64,000 nt of DNA from positions 3,328,001 through 3,392,000 of the forward strand of contig CBDIID010000003.1 in the NCBI GenBank assembly GCA_965279515.1, written 5' to 3'. This DNA is from Turneriella sp. (GTDB taxonomy: Bacteria; Spirochaetota; Leptospiria; Turneriellales; Turneriellaceae). The position numbers and the translations under genes were made by a program. The notes beneath the pieces were generated by a model that saw only the letters and a program-made list of their open reading frames with translations, was not told the DNA's origin and did no database searches. This document shows, in pieces, positions 46,137 through 55,547 of the stretch. Numbering within the stretch: position 1 is the stretch's first letter; each line of letters starts with the position of its first letter.

Positions 46137-46728
46137 AAACTTCGATCAGCGTTGTCGCGAGCAGCAATAGGTTGTTGGAGACAGATTCAACTTCCGTGCC
46201 CGCGCGCATGATATCGTAGATCATGGCATTGAGAATGCGCGCCGTGCTTGGCACATGGAGCTCCGGGCGGATGAACCCCTTGTCGCGCCCAATCGTGAGA
46301 AAGCGCACGGTGGTTTCGAGAAATTCGGCCTGCGCGGCTTCGAAGCGGCGGCGTATTTCAGGGTCGGCGTGGATCTCTTCGAAGAAGATGCGGATATGGC
46401 TGATCTCACGCAGGAAGATCTGGCTGAAGTCGAGACAAAACCTTTGCATGACGCCGATATACTCTTCGGGTGTGGTAGCCAGATCGGGCCGCGTTCCCCA
46501 GGCAATTTTCAGGAAATCCGCATTCAGCTGGTCGAAGAGCGTCAGGAAGATATCGAGCTTGTTTTTAAAATAGCGGTAGATCGTGCCGTGACCAGCATCG
46601 AGAGCCGCCGCAATATCAGCGATGCCGGCAGCGTGATAGCCCTTTTCGGCAAACACATCGAGCGCCGCCTTAAGAATCGCTTCGCGTTTGACTTTCTTCT
46701 GCTCGGCTGTTACTTCGGGCCGGGCCAT
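46102..46728 (-). CDS. TetR/AcrR family regulator
   Basis: ILKAALDVFAEKGYH..IADIA..GTIYRYFKNK. Confidence 0.9.
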   Translation of the reverse strand: MARPEVTAEQKKVKREAILKAALDVFAEKGYHAAGIADIAAALDAGHGTIYRYFKNKLDIFLTLFDQLNADFLKIAWGTRPDLATTPEEYIGVMQRFCLDFSQIFLREISHIRIFFEEIHADPEIRRRFEAAQAEFLETTVRFLTIGRDKGFIRPELHVPSTARILNAMIYDIMRAGTEVESVSNNLLLLATTLIEVFTKGALAPKPA

Positions 46729-46771
46729 GGCGGGCAATCCTCGTTTTTAGAACGGCGTGTCAGGAAATATT

Positions 46772-48031
46772 TCAGTTCGCCATCTGCAGCATCGCCTGCA
46801 GCAACACGTTGCAGCCATGCATCGCCTGCTCAGGCTCGATGTTTTCGACTTCGTTGTGGCTGATGCCGTCGTCGCAGGGAATAAAAATCATGCCGGTGGG
46901 AGCGATCTCGGCGATGTAACACGCGTCGTGTGCTGCGCCGGATACGATTTCCATGGAAGAATAACCGAGATTGTTGGCAGCATCCTGCACGGCCTGGCGG
47001 CATTTCATATCGAAAGCGATGGGCGGATAATACCAGAAGTCTTTGAGTTCAACTTCGACAACACCTTCTTTATTGATGTCGGCGACGAATTGTTTGATCG
47101 TTTTATCCATCGACGCCAGTTGTGCATCCACCGGGTGGCGGAAGTCGATCGAAAATTTCACCTGACCCGGAATCGTATTGCGCGAATTGGGAAACACCTG
47201 CACAAAGCCGACAGTGCCGCAGGCATAGGGTTGGTGCGAGAGCGCGGTCTCATTCACTTTGGTGATGATTTTCGCCGCAGCAACCATCGCGTCTTTTCTG
47301 AGATGCATCGGCGTCGGGCCGGCATGCGATTCTCTGCCCTCAACCCTCACATCGTACCAGCGCTGGCCTTGCCCCAAAATCACGACACCGATCTGCTTTT
47401 TCTCAGCTTCCATGTACGGGCCTTGTTCGATGTGCGTTTCGAAAAAGGCCTTCATGGGTTGTGGTTTGGCTTTTTTCGTTCCGGCGTAACCGATACGTTT
47501 TAACTCCTCACCGAAAATTTTTCCGTGGATGTCGACCCTCGCGAGAGTTTCTTCGAGGGAAAATTTGCCGACCATCGTACCCGAGCCCATCATTGCCGGG
47601 GCGAAGCGCGTACCTTCTTCATTGGTCCAGACGACGACTTCGATAGGGTGTTGCGTTTCGATCTTCAGATCATTAAGCGTGCGGATAACCTCAAGCCCCG
47701 AAAGCACGCCGTAGACGCCGTCGAATCTGCCGCCCGTGGGCTGTGTGTCGAGATGGCTGCCGGTGGCAACCGGCGGCAGCGCATTATCTTTGCCGGCGCG
47801 CCGCGCATAGATGTTACCGACCTCGTCGATTTCGATCGAGCAACCCGCCTCTTTGCACCATTTCACAAAAAGATCGCGGCCTGCCTTATCTTCGTCGGTC
47901 AGTGCAATGCGGCAGCAGCCGCCCTTTTGTGTGGCCCCGATCTTCGCCATGTCCATGAGGCTCTGCCAGAGGCGGTCGCCATTGATTTGCGGGGTTTCCG
48001 TTTTAGGCCGTACCATGGTTGAAGTTTGCAT
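46772..48031 (-). CDS. M20 Zn-dependent amidohydrolase (beta-ureidopropionase / N-carbamoylase-like)
   Basis: GSHLDTQPTGGRFDG, WTNEEG, HIEQGP, HAGPTPM, SGAAHDA, GISHNE. Confidence 0.93.
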   Translation of the reverse strand: MQTSTMVRPKTETPQINGDRLWQSLMDMAKIGATQKGGCCRIALTDEDKAGRDLFVKWCKEAGCSIEIDEVGNIYARRAGKDNALPPVATGSHLDTQPTGGRFDGVYGVLSGLEVIRTLNDLKIETQHPIEVVVWTNEEGTRFAPAMMGSGTMVGKFSLEETLARVDIHGKIFGEELKRIGYAGTKKAKPQPMKAFFETHIEQGPYMEAEKKQIGVVILGQGQRWYDVRVEGRESHAGPTPMHLRKDAMVAAAKIITKVNETALSHQPYACGTVGFVQVFPNSRNTIPGQVKFSIDFRHPVDAQLASMDKTIKQFVADINKEGVVEVELKDFWYYPPIAFDMKCRQAVQDAANNLGYSSMEIVSGAAHDACYIAEIAPTGMIFIPCDDGISHNEVENIEPEQAMHGCNVLLQAMLQMAN

Positions 48032-48102
48032 AGTGTTATCGGTGCCATGGCAGATGCGAGGGCGAATCTATTTTCGGTTCTGGCATCATTGTCCCTTGCT
48101 GT

Positions 48103-48120
48103 GCTATGGAATTCCATAGC
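48103..48120. promoter_or_regulatory. Perfect 18-bp palindrome, candidate operator (second copy at 48232-48249)
   Basis: GCTATGGAATTCCATAGC; second copy GTTTTGGAATTCCATAGC matches 16/18. Confidence 0.7.
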
Positions 48121-48191
48121 TGGAAATCCCTCATGCAAATCGCAATTTTCTGGCTGTAAACCCTTGAAAAGCAGGGTTCAGCAAAAAAATG

Positions 48192-48219
48192 TTTACGGAA
48201 TGACGTGTCATTCTATTAT
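48192..48219 (+). promoter_or_regulatory. Sigma70-like promoter with a palindrome in the spacer
   Basis: TTTACG-N16-TATTAT; spacer GAATGAC-GT-GTCATTC. Confidence 0.5.
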
Positions 48220-48263
48220 AAGGCCTACTCTGTTTTGGAATTCCATAGCAAGTAGGGAGGCCT

Positions 48264-49865
48264 ATGAAAACTGTAGTTAATAACTCGGGAACCGGAGCGA
48301 TCTCTCAGGGTGGGGCAAGTATGAATTCAGGTATGAAACTCGACACCGAAGCTCTCGTTGTCGGCTCGGGTTTTTCCGGCATCGGCGCAGGCATCAAGCT
48401 CAAAGAAGCCGGCATCCCCTTCATGGTGCTCGAAAAGGCGCCCGACCTCGGCGGCACTTGGCGCGACAATACTTACCCCGGCATCGCCGTTGACATCACC
48501 TCTTTCACGTATTCGTTTTCTTACGAGCAGCTGCCCGATTGGTCGCGTGTGTTTGCGCCCGGCGCCGAGCTCAAGAAGTATGCCGATCACTGCGCGACCA
48601 AGTACGGCGTGCGGCCTTACATGCGCTTCAACAGCGAAGTACAGATCAGCACCTTTGACCCGGCCTCGCACACATGGGTGACCACGCTTAAGGGTGGGGA
48701 TGTTCTGCGTTCACGTTACCTCATTCTCGCGACGGGCGGGCTCACAATTCCCAAGCTGCCCGACATTGAAGGGATAGAATCGTTCAAAGGTAAAAAGATC
48801 CATACCGCACGCTGGGATCACTCTTTTGACCTGAAGGGCAAAAGAGTGGGGATTATCGGCACCGGCGCAACCAGCGTACAGCTGGTACCGGCGCTCGCGC
48901 CCATCGTGAAAGAAATCCACGTCTACCAGCGCACACCGATCTGGATTCTGCCGAAACCCGACGCCGAAATGGCGCGCGGCGTGCAGCTGGCGCTGAAGTA
49001 TATTCCCGGTCTGCAATGGTTGCTGCGCGGCGTAACCAACTCGATCACCGAAGCGGTGATGGTATTGGGAGTGATTAATTACAAAAAATATCCGCAGATC
49101 ACAAAATTTTTCGAAAACATCTGCCGCGACCATCTCGCGAAGCAGGTGGTTGATCCCGTCATCCGTGAAAAGCTCACACCGACCTATGGTTTTGGCTGCA
49201 AACGCCCGAGCTTTCATAACGAGTACCTGAAGAGCTTCAACCGCGAAAACGTTGAACTGGTCACCGATGGTATTGCCCGCGTCACCGAAACGGGAATTAT
49301 TACGAAGGATGGCAAAGAGCGCGAAATCGATGTGCTGATTACCGCGACTGGTTTTAAGACCTTTGAAAAAGGCAACACTCCGCCTTTCCCTGTGAACGGT
49401 TTGGGCGGCAAAGAGCTGGGTACGTTCTTCGACGAAGAGCGCTACCAGGCCTATGAAGGCATCAGTGTGCCGAAATTCCCCAACCTGTTTATCATGCTGG
49501 GGCCCTACGCGGCCACCGGTGCGTCGTGGTTCCAGATGGTGGAGAACCAGTCATACCATCTCGTGCGCGTCATCAACGAAGCCAACAAACGCGGCGCGAC
49601 GCAGGTCGAGCCCAAACAAGAGGCGCATGACCGCTACCACGCCGACATCATGGCGCGTATGAAAGATACGGTGTTCTTCAACAATAACTGCAGCACGGCC
49701 AATAGCTATTATTTCGACCGCCACGGCGATGCGCCGTTCATGCGGCCGATGACGTATGCCGAAGTTTGGTATCATAGCCATTTCTTTGATCTGGATGATT
49801 ATCAGTATACAAACTCTCCTGTTCAGAAAGCGGGGTTGTTAAGGGGCCACGCAGTGGCCCCTTAA
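48264..49865 (+). CDS. Baeyer-Villiger-type flavin monooxygenase
   Basis: AGGGAGG SD; GSGFSG, GGTWRDNTYPG, FKGKKIHTARW fingerprint, GTGAT, ATG motif. Confidence 0.92.
   Translation: MKTVVNNSGTGAISQGGASMNSGMKLDTEALVVGSGFSGIGAGIKLKEAGIPFMVLEKAPDLGGTWRDNTYPGIAVDITSFTYSFSYEQLPDWSRVFAPGAELKKYADHCATKYGVRPYMRFNSEVQISTFDPASHTWVTTLKGGDVLRSRYLILATGGLTIPKLPDIEGIESFKGKKIHTARWDHSFDLKGKRVGIIGTGATSVQLVPALAPIVKEIHVYQRTPIWILPKPDAEMARGVQLALKYIPGLQWLLRGVTNSITEAVMVLGVINYKKYPQITKFFENICRDHLAKQVVDPVIREKLTPTYGFGCKRPSFHNEYLKSFNRENVELVTDGIARVTETGIITKDGKEREIDVLITATGFKTFEKGNTPPFPVNGLGGKELGTFFDEERYQAYEGISVPKFPNLFIMLGPYAATGASWFQMVENQSYHLVRVINEANKRGATQVEPKQEAHDRYHADIMARMKDTVFFNNNCSTANSYYFDRHGDAPFMRPMTYAEVWYHSHFFDLDDYQYTNSPVQKAGLLRGHAVAP
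49828..49865 (+). repeat. Family B hairpin forming the BVMO C-terminus and stop
   Basis: AAGCGGGGTTG-TTAAGGGGCCAC-GCA-GTGGCCCCTTAA. Confidence 0.7.
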
Positions 49866-49874
49866 GGAAATTTT

Positions 49875-50315
49875 ATGGAAATAAGAACAGAAATCGAAAT
49901 CAACGCGCCGGCAGAGAATGTCTGGAAGGTGCTCATCAACTTTCCTGACTATGGTTCGTGGAATCCGGTGATCCCAAAAATCGACGGCATGCCCTACCGC
50001 GGCAACAAGATCAGTTTTAACATCCAGGCCGCGCCCGGTATACAGATACCGATTATGGCGTGCGAGATCCTGGTAGCCGACTCGGCGCAAAAAGAACTGC
50101 GCTGGAAGGGCCCGGCGATTCCGATCGCGGGGGATATCCTCAGCGGCGAACATTTCTTTATCGTGCAGGAAATTTCACCGAACAAAGTGCGCTTTGTGCA
50201 TGGCGAAGATTTCACCGGCCTCGCAGCACCGATGCTGAAGCCGTTGCTGCAAGATCGGCTCACGGCCAGCTATAATGAAATGAATGCAGCGCTGAAGAAA
50301 AGATGTGAGAAATAG
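49875..50315 (+). CDS. SRPBCC (START-like) lipid-binding protein
   Basis: IEINAPAENVWKVL..YGSWNP, LRWKG, GEHFF, MNAALK. Confidence 0.88.
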   Translation: MEIRTEIEINAPAENVWKVLINFPDYGSWNPVIPKIDGMPYRGNKISFNIQAAPGIQIPIMACEILVADSAQKELRWKGPAIPIAGDILSGEHFFIVQEISPNKVRFVHGEDFTGLAAPMLKPLLQDRLTASYNEMNAALKKRCEK

Positions 50316-50354
50316 ATCGCCCCACCCCTAGGGGGTGGGGGCGAAGAGGGCAAA

Positions 50355-51725
50355 ATGGTGAACCAAATTCTTGCGGATCTGCAAAAGCTCCGCTACCAGA
50401 CAGATCTCCCACCCGGGCCGCCCGGCCTGCCCTTTGTGGGGCACCTCACCGACTTCAGACACGATCCCCTGGGTTTTCTCGACAAGCTCGCGCGCGACTA
50501 TGGTGACATCGTCTTCATCGAGATCGCGGGAAAGCCCGTGTATATCATCAACAAGCCTGAGCATATTCAGGAGCTCCTCATCAATAATGCGGGCAGGTTG
50601 CAGAAAGCGCTGGCGCTGGAAGTTTTAAAGCCGGTTTTCGGGCAGGGCCTACTTACCAGCGAAGGCGATTTTCATAAGCAGCAACGTAAACTTTCTGCCC
50701 CCGCGTTCGCGCGGACGAAACTCACGGGTTATGCGCAGACGATGATCGATCTCGCTGAAAACTTGAATCGCGAATTGGCGAGCCACAAACGTTTCGACAT
50801 GCACGAAGCAATGATGCGGCTGACGCTCAAGATTGTCGCGAAGACGCTCTTTGGTTCCGATGTCGAGAAAGATAGCGAGCGTGTCGCGCAGGCCATCGAA
50901 GATATTATGGCGATCACCGATCGCATTCTGAATCCGCTGGGGCCGGTGCTCAATGCATTGCCCACGCCGAAGACCTTACGCTTCCATGCCGCCGTCAAAG
51001 ACCTCGACGAGATTATTTTCCGCATTATTGCGCAGAAAAAGGCCGAAGGTATCGAAGGCAACGACCTGCTTTCGACGCTCATGGCGGTACGCGACGAAGA
51101 TGGTCAGCCCATGAGCGACAAACAGTTGCGCGACGAGTGTCTCACCATCTTTCTTGCGGGGCATGAAACGACGGCGAATGCGCTCAGCTGGACCTGGTAT
51201 CTTCTTAGCCAGCACCCGCAGGTGCAGCAGAAGCTCGAAGAAGAGTGGGCGCAGTTTGCAAATAAGGAAAAACTTTCTCCCGAAGACTATCCCCGCCTTG
51301 TTTACACGAAGCAGGTGATCTCCGAAAGTTTTCGTGTCTACCCGCCCGCCTGGATGATTTCAAGGCAGATCATGGAGGATATCCCCCTCGGCGGTTACAC
51401 GATTCCGAAGGGCGTCATGATCGTCATGAGCCAGTGGGCGGTTCATCACAATCCGAAATACTGGCCCGCTCCATATACATTTGATCCGGAGCGCTTTGCG
51501 CCTGAACACATGGACTCGCGGCATAAGTTCACATTCTTTCCGTTTGGTGGCGGCGTGCGCCAGTGTATCGGCGACCAATTTGCGTGGATGGAGGCCGTAT
51601 TGCTTTTGGCAACGATTGGCCGTAAGTTCCGCTTTTCTACAGTTTCGTCCAAGCCACCGCGACCGCAACCACTGATTACGCTCCGCCCCGCCGGCGGACT
51701 GCCGATGTACCGCGAAATCCATTGA
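50355..51725 (+). CDS. Cytochrome P450
   Basis: AGHETT, ESFR (ExxR), FDPERF, FGGGVRQCIG heme motif. Confidence 0.95.
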   Translation: MVNQILADLQKLRYQTDLPPGPPGLPFVGHLTDFRHDPLGFLDKLARDYGDIVFIEIAGKPVYIINKPEHIQELLINNAGRLQKALALEVLKPVFGQGLLTSEGDFHKQQRKLSAPAFARTKLTGYAQTMIDLAENLNRELASHKRFDMHEAMMRLTLKIVAKTLFGSDVEKDSERVAQAIEDIMAITDRILNPLGPVLNALPTPKTLRFHAAVKDLDEIIFRIIAQKKAEGIEGNDLLSTLMAVRDEDGQPMSDKQLRDECLTIFLAGHETTANALSWTWYLLSQHPQVQQKLEEEWAQFANKEKLSPEDYPRLVYTKQVISESFRVYPPAWMISRQIMEDIPLGGYTIPKGVMIVMSQWAVHHNPKYWPAPYTFDPERFAPEHMDSRHKFTFFPFGGGVRQCIGDQFAWMEAVLLLATIGRKFRFSTVSSKPPRPQPLITLRPAGGLPMYREIH

Positions 51726-51825
51726 TTTGGCTAAAACCTGAAGATGACTGCCTATGGATGCCGCACATGCAGCGAGCATTCAGTTAGAGATTTCACGGGA
51801 ACCTCGGCGCCAAAATAACTGGCGT

Positions 51826-52101
51826 CTATTTAATCTTCCGAACCAGATGGTTGGCGCTGTCCGCCACATGCAGATTGGTGCCGTCGCTGGTAATCCCATT
51901 TGGATATTTGAACGTGGCCGCAGTACCCGTGCCATCGGCAGACCCGCTGGTGGTTGAGCCGGCCAAGGTGGTGACAATACCATTTGGGTTCAACCCTGAA
52001 CTTGACTGGCTAGTACTGCCGGCTGAACTTGATGACGACGCGGAAATGGCGCAACTGGATAGGATTCCCCCAATTATTAGCAGGCCAATCAATGGTTTCA
52101 T
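51826..52101 (-). CDS. Lipoprotein with a single NHL blade
   Basis: AAGGAG SD; LSSC lipobox, Ser-rich linker, one full blade ending VRKIK. Confidence 0.7.
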   Translation of the reverse strand: MKPLIGLLIIGGILSSCAISASSSSSAGSTSQSSSGLNPNGIVTTLAGSTTSGSADGTGTAATFKYPNGITSDGTNLHVADSANHLVRKIK

Positions 52102-52130
52102 ACATATCTCCTTGGCAACCCGTGCCTTTA

Positions 52131-53249
52131 CTATTGAATCTTGCGAATTCGGTGATTGCTCTGATCAGCTACATACAGGTTTGTACCGTCGGTGGTAACG
52201 CCCTTGGGGTAAAAAAACGTCGCGGCCGTGCCCGTGCCGTCAGCGCTGCCCTGTCCACTACCCGCCAACGTTGTCACCACACCGGTCGCAATGACAATTT
52301 TGCGAATGCGGTGAATGTCATTATCCACAACGTACAGGTTCGTGCCGTCGGTGGTAAGGCCAGAGGGTTGGCTAAACGTCGCTGTTGTACCTGTGCCATC
52401 GGCGCTGCCCTTCCCATTACCGGCTAGAGTTGTGACCACACCCGTCGCAATGACAATCTTGCGAATTCGGTAATTGGCGTTATCTGCTACATACAGGTTC
52501 GTACCATCGGTGGTGACATCCGTGGGTTGCCAAAACGTCGCTGCCGTGCCCGTGCCGTCAGCATTGCCCGGCCCATTGCCCGCCAGAGTTGTGACCACGG
52601 CCGTGGCAATGACAATCTTACGAATCTGGTTATTAACTTGATCAGCTACATACAGGTTTGTTCCGTCGGTGGTAATGCCGGAGGGTTGATTAAACGTCGC
52701 AGCGGTTCCCGTGCCATTGTTGTCGCCTGGGCCAAAGCCCGCCAGAGTCGTAACCACGCCCGTGGCAATGACAATCTTGCGAATTCTGTTATTACTCACT
52801 TCAGCTACATACAGGTTCGTACCATCGGTAGTGATGCCAGTCGGGTTGTTAAACGCTGCGGCAGTACCCGTTCCGTTTGTGGTGTCGGCGGTCCCACTGC
52901 CCGCAAGTGTCGTGACCACGCCCGTCGCAATGACAACCTTGCGTATCTTGTTATTGGACTGATCGGCTACATAAAGGTTCGTACCATCGGTCGTCACGCC
53001 TGCAGGGTTTTGAAACATCGCGGCATTACCCGTGCCCTCGGCATCGCCCGACCCACTGCCCGCCAGCGTTGTCACTGCCCCGGTCAAAGATAACGGGCAA
53101 GTAGATTTGCCACTCAGCAGAACTTTCGCGCACGTCGAAGGCGATGAGCCGCCACCTGCCGTGCTGTCATTGCCGCCACTGCTATTGCTGTTACAGAAAA
53201 GAAGCAATGTGCAAAATGCCATTGCGATTGCAGAATACTGTTTTTTCAT
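52131..53249 (-). CDS. Six-blade NHL propeller lipoprotein (paralog 3)
   Basis: GAGGAG SD; MKKQY..LLFC; six 53-aa [11 protein letters not shown] repeats. Confidence 0.9.
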   Translation of the reverse strand: MKKQYSAIAMAFCTLLLFCNSNSSGGNDSTAGGGSSPSTCAKVLLSGKSTCPLSLTGAVTTLAGSGSGDAEGTGNAAMFQNPAGVTTDGTNLYVADQSNNKIRKVVIATGVVTTLAGSGTADTTNGTGTAAAFNNPTGITTDGTNLYVAEVSNNRIRKIVIATGVVTTLAGFGPGDNNGTGTAATFNQPSGITTDGTNLYVADQVNNQIRKIVIATAVVTTLAGNGPGNADGTGTAATFWQPTDVTTDGTNLYVADNANYRIRKIVIATGVVTTLAGNGKGSADGTGTTATFSQPSGLTTDGTNLYVVDNDIHRIRKIVIATGVVTTLAGSGQGSADGTGTAATFFYPKGVTTDGTNLYVADQSNHRIRKIQ

Positions 53250-53268
53250 ATTCGCTCCTCTCATATTG

Positions 53269-54375
53269 CTATTGAATCTTGCGAATTCGGTGATTGCCCA
53301 AATCGCCAACATACAGCTTCGTACCATCAGTAGTAAGGCCATATGGAAAGCTAAACGTCGCGGCAGTGCCCGTCCCGTCGGCATTGCCCCCCCCATTACC
53401 TGCCAGCGTTGTCACCACACCCGTTGCAATCACAATCTTGCGAATTCGGTGATTGAAACCGTCTGATACATAGAGGTTCGTGCTGTCGGTGGTAATGCCA
53501 TAAGGATTGTTAAACGTTGCAGCGGTCCCGGTCCCATCGGCATTGCCAGACCCGTTGCCCGCCAGCGTTGTCACCACACCCGTCGCAATCACAATCTTAC
53601 GAATTCGATGATTGCTTGAATCTGCTACATACAGGTTCGTACCGTCGGTAGTAATGGCATACGGATAGTTGAACGCCGCAGCAGTCCCGTTGCCATCGGT
53701 ACTGCCCTGCCCACCATTGCCTGCCAGAGTCGTAACCACACCCGTCGCAATGACAATCTTGCGGATTAGGTGATTATTCAATTCAGCTACATATAGGTTT
53801 GTACCGTCCGTGGTAATGCCAGCGGGTCTGTCGAACCTCGCCGCGGTGCCTGTGCCGTTGGCGTAGCCCTGCCCGTTGCCCGCCAGAGTTGTAACCACAC
53901 CCGTCGCAATAACAATCATTCGGATTCGGTGATTGTTCAAATCGCCAACATACAGGTTCGTACCATCCGTGGTAATGCCCGTGGGTTGATCAAACGTCGC
54001 GGCAGTGCCCGTGCCGTCGGCGTAACCAGACCCATTTCCCGCCAGAGTTGTAACTAAACCTGTTGCAATGACAACCTTGCGAATGCTGTGATTGGAACGA
54101 TCGGCTACATACAGGTTCGTACCATCGGTTGTAATGCCAATGGGTTGGTTAAACATCGCGGCAGTGCCCGTGCCATCCGCGTTACCCTGCGAACTGCCCG
54201 CCAGTGTTGTGACCACCGCAGTCAAAGATAACGGGCAATTGGAGTTGCCACTCAGCAAAGCTTTTGCACACCCTGAAGGGGATGAGCCACCACCACCCGC
54301 GCTATCGCCGCTGCTGCTACAGGCGAAAAACAGTGAGCAGAACGCCACTGCGATTGCGAAATATTGTTTTTTCAT
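53269..54375 (-). CDS. Six-blade NHL propeller lipoprotein (paralog 2)
   Basis: AAGGAG SD; FFAC lipobox; six repeats. Confidence 0.9.
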   Translation of the reverse strand: MKKQYFAIAVAFCSLFFACSSSGDSAGGGGSSPSGCAKALLSGNSNCPLSLTAVVTTLAGSSQGNADGTGTAAMFNQPIGITTDGTNLYVADRSNHSIRKVVIATGLVTTLAGNGSGYADGTGTAATFDQPTGITTDGTNLYVGDLNNHRIRMIVIATGVVTTLAGNGQGYANGTGTAARFDRPAGITTDGTNLYVAELNNHLIRKIVIATGVVTTLAGNGGQGSTDGNGTAAAFNYPYAITTDGTNLYVADSSNHRIRKIVIATGVVTTLAGNGSGNADGTGTAATFNNPYGITTDSTNLYVSDGFNHRIRKIVIATGVVTTLAGNGGGNADGTGTAATFSFPYGLTTDGTKLYVGDLGNHRIRKIQ

Positions 54376-54388
54376 ATTGGCTCCTTTA

Positions 54389-55495
54389 CTATTGAATTTT
54401 GCGAATTCGGTGATTGTTAAAATCAGCTATATACAGGTTCGTACCGTCGGTGGTAACGTCATTGGGGAGGTTAAACGTCGCGGCCGTGCCCGTGCCGTCT
54501 GCATTTCCAGACCCATTGCCCGCCAGCGTTGTGACCACCCCCGACGCAATCACAATCTTGCGAATTCGATGATTAGCATAATCAGTTACATACAGGTTCG
54601 TACCGTCGGTAGTAACGCCAGTGGGGAGGATAAACGTCGCGGCCGTGCCCGTGCCGTCTGCATTTCCAGACCCATTGCCCGCCAGCGTTGTTACCACCCC
54701 CGTCGCAATCACAATCTTGCGAATTCGGTGATTGCTCTGATCAGCTACATACAGGTTCGTACCGTCGGTGGTAACGCCAGTTGGTTGGTTAAACGTCGCG
54801 GCCGTACCCGTGCCGTCTGCATTTCCAGACCCATTGCCTGCCAGCGTTGTTACCACCCCAGTCGCAATGATAATCTTGCGAATTCGGTGATTGCTATAAT
54901 CAGCTATGTACAGGTTCGTACCGTCGGTGGTAACGCCAGCGGGTTGATTAAACGTCGCGGCAGTGCCCGTGCCATCTGCATTTCCAGACCCATTGCCTGC
55001 CAGCGTTGTTACCACCCCAGTCGCAATGATAATCTTGCGAATTCGGTGATTGTCCTGATCAGCTATATACAGGTTCGTCCCGTCGGTGGTAACGCCAGAG
55101 GGGGAATTAAACGTCGCGGCAGTGCCCGTGCCATCTGCATTGCCAGACCCATTACCCGCCAGCGTTGTGACTACACCCGTCGCAATAACAATCTTGCGAA
55201 TTCTATGATTTTGCCGATCACCTACATACAGGTTCGTGCCGTCGGTGGTAACGCCAGTGGGGAGGTTAAACGTCGCCGCAGTGCCCGTGCCGTCTGCATT
55301 GCCAGCCCCATTGCCTGCCAGGGTTGTGACCGCCGCGGTTAGCGACAGGGGGCATGTTGATTTGCCACCCATCAATGCTTTCGTGCACACTGAGGGGGAT
55401 GAGCCACCACCCGCCGCGCTGTCGCTGCTGCTACAGGCAAAAAGCAATGCGCAAAACGCCACTGCGATGGCAGAATATTCTTTTTTCAGCTTCAT
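54389..55495 (-). CDS. Six-blade NHL propeller lipoprotein (paralog 1)
   Basis: LFAC lipobox; six near-identical 159-nt repeats. Confidence 0.9.
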   Translation of the reverse strand: MKLKKEYSAIAVAFCALLFACSSSDSAAGGGSSPSVCTKALMGGKSTCPLSLTAAVTTLAGNGAGNADGTGTAATFNLPTGVTTDGTNLYVGDRQNHRIRKIVIATGVVTTLAGNGSGNADGTGTAATFNSPSGVTTDGTNLYIADQDNHRIRKIIIATGVVTTLAGNGSGNADGTGTAATFNQPAGVTTDGTNLYIADYSNHRIRKIIIATGVVTTLAGNGSGNADGTGTAATFNQPTGVTTDGTNLYVADQSNHRIRKIVIATGVVTTLAGNGSGNADGTGTAATFILPTGVTTDGTNLYVTDYANHRIRKIVIASGVVTTLAGNGSGNADGTGTAATFNLPNDVTTDGTNLYIADFNNHRIRKIQ

Positions 55496-55501
55496 GGCAG
55501 A

Positions 55502-55530
55502 AGCCTACGAACTAAAAACTCAATTGGCAA
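55502..55530 (-). promoter_or_regulatory. Sigma70-like promoter of the NHL array, probably leaderless
   Basis: Minus strand TTGCCA-N17-TAGGCT-N6-ATG. Confidence 0.5.
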
Positions 55531-55547
55531 AAAAGAAACTATCGATC

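Noticed and set aside
46757..47503. Long antisense ORFs (also 25595-26353 and 31228-31911)
   Set aside because: They overlap well-supported genes on the opposite strand and have no recognisable motifs
52321..52329. Perfect DnaA box TTATCCACA
   Set aside because: A single copy inside a coding sequence, consistent with chance
54092..55342. 416-aa plus-strand repetitive ORF
   Set aside because: Antisense shadow of the NHL genes
52131..55495. Regular ~159-nt repeats as a CRISPR array
   Set aside because: The repeats are in-frame protein repeats with synonymous variation; there are no spacers or cas genes
52131..55495. Diversity-generating retroelement target
   Set aside because: Changes are not limited to adenines (AAC/AAT, CTC/TCC), and there is no reverse transcriptase or template repeat in the window
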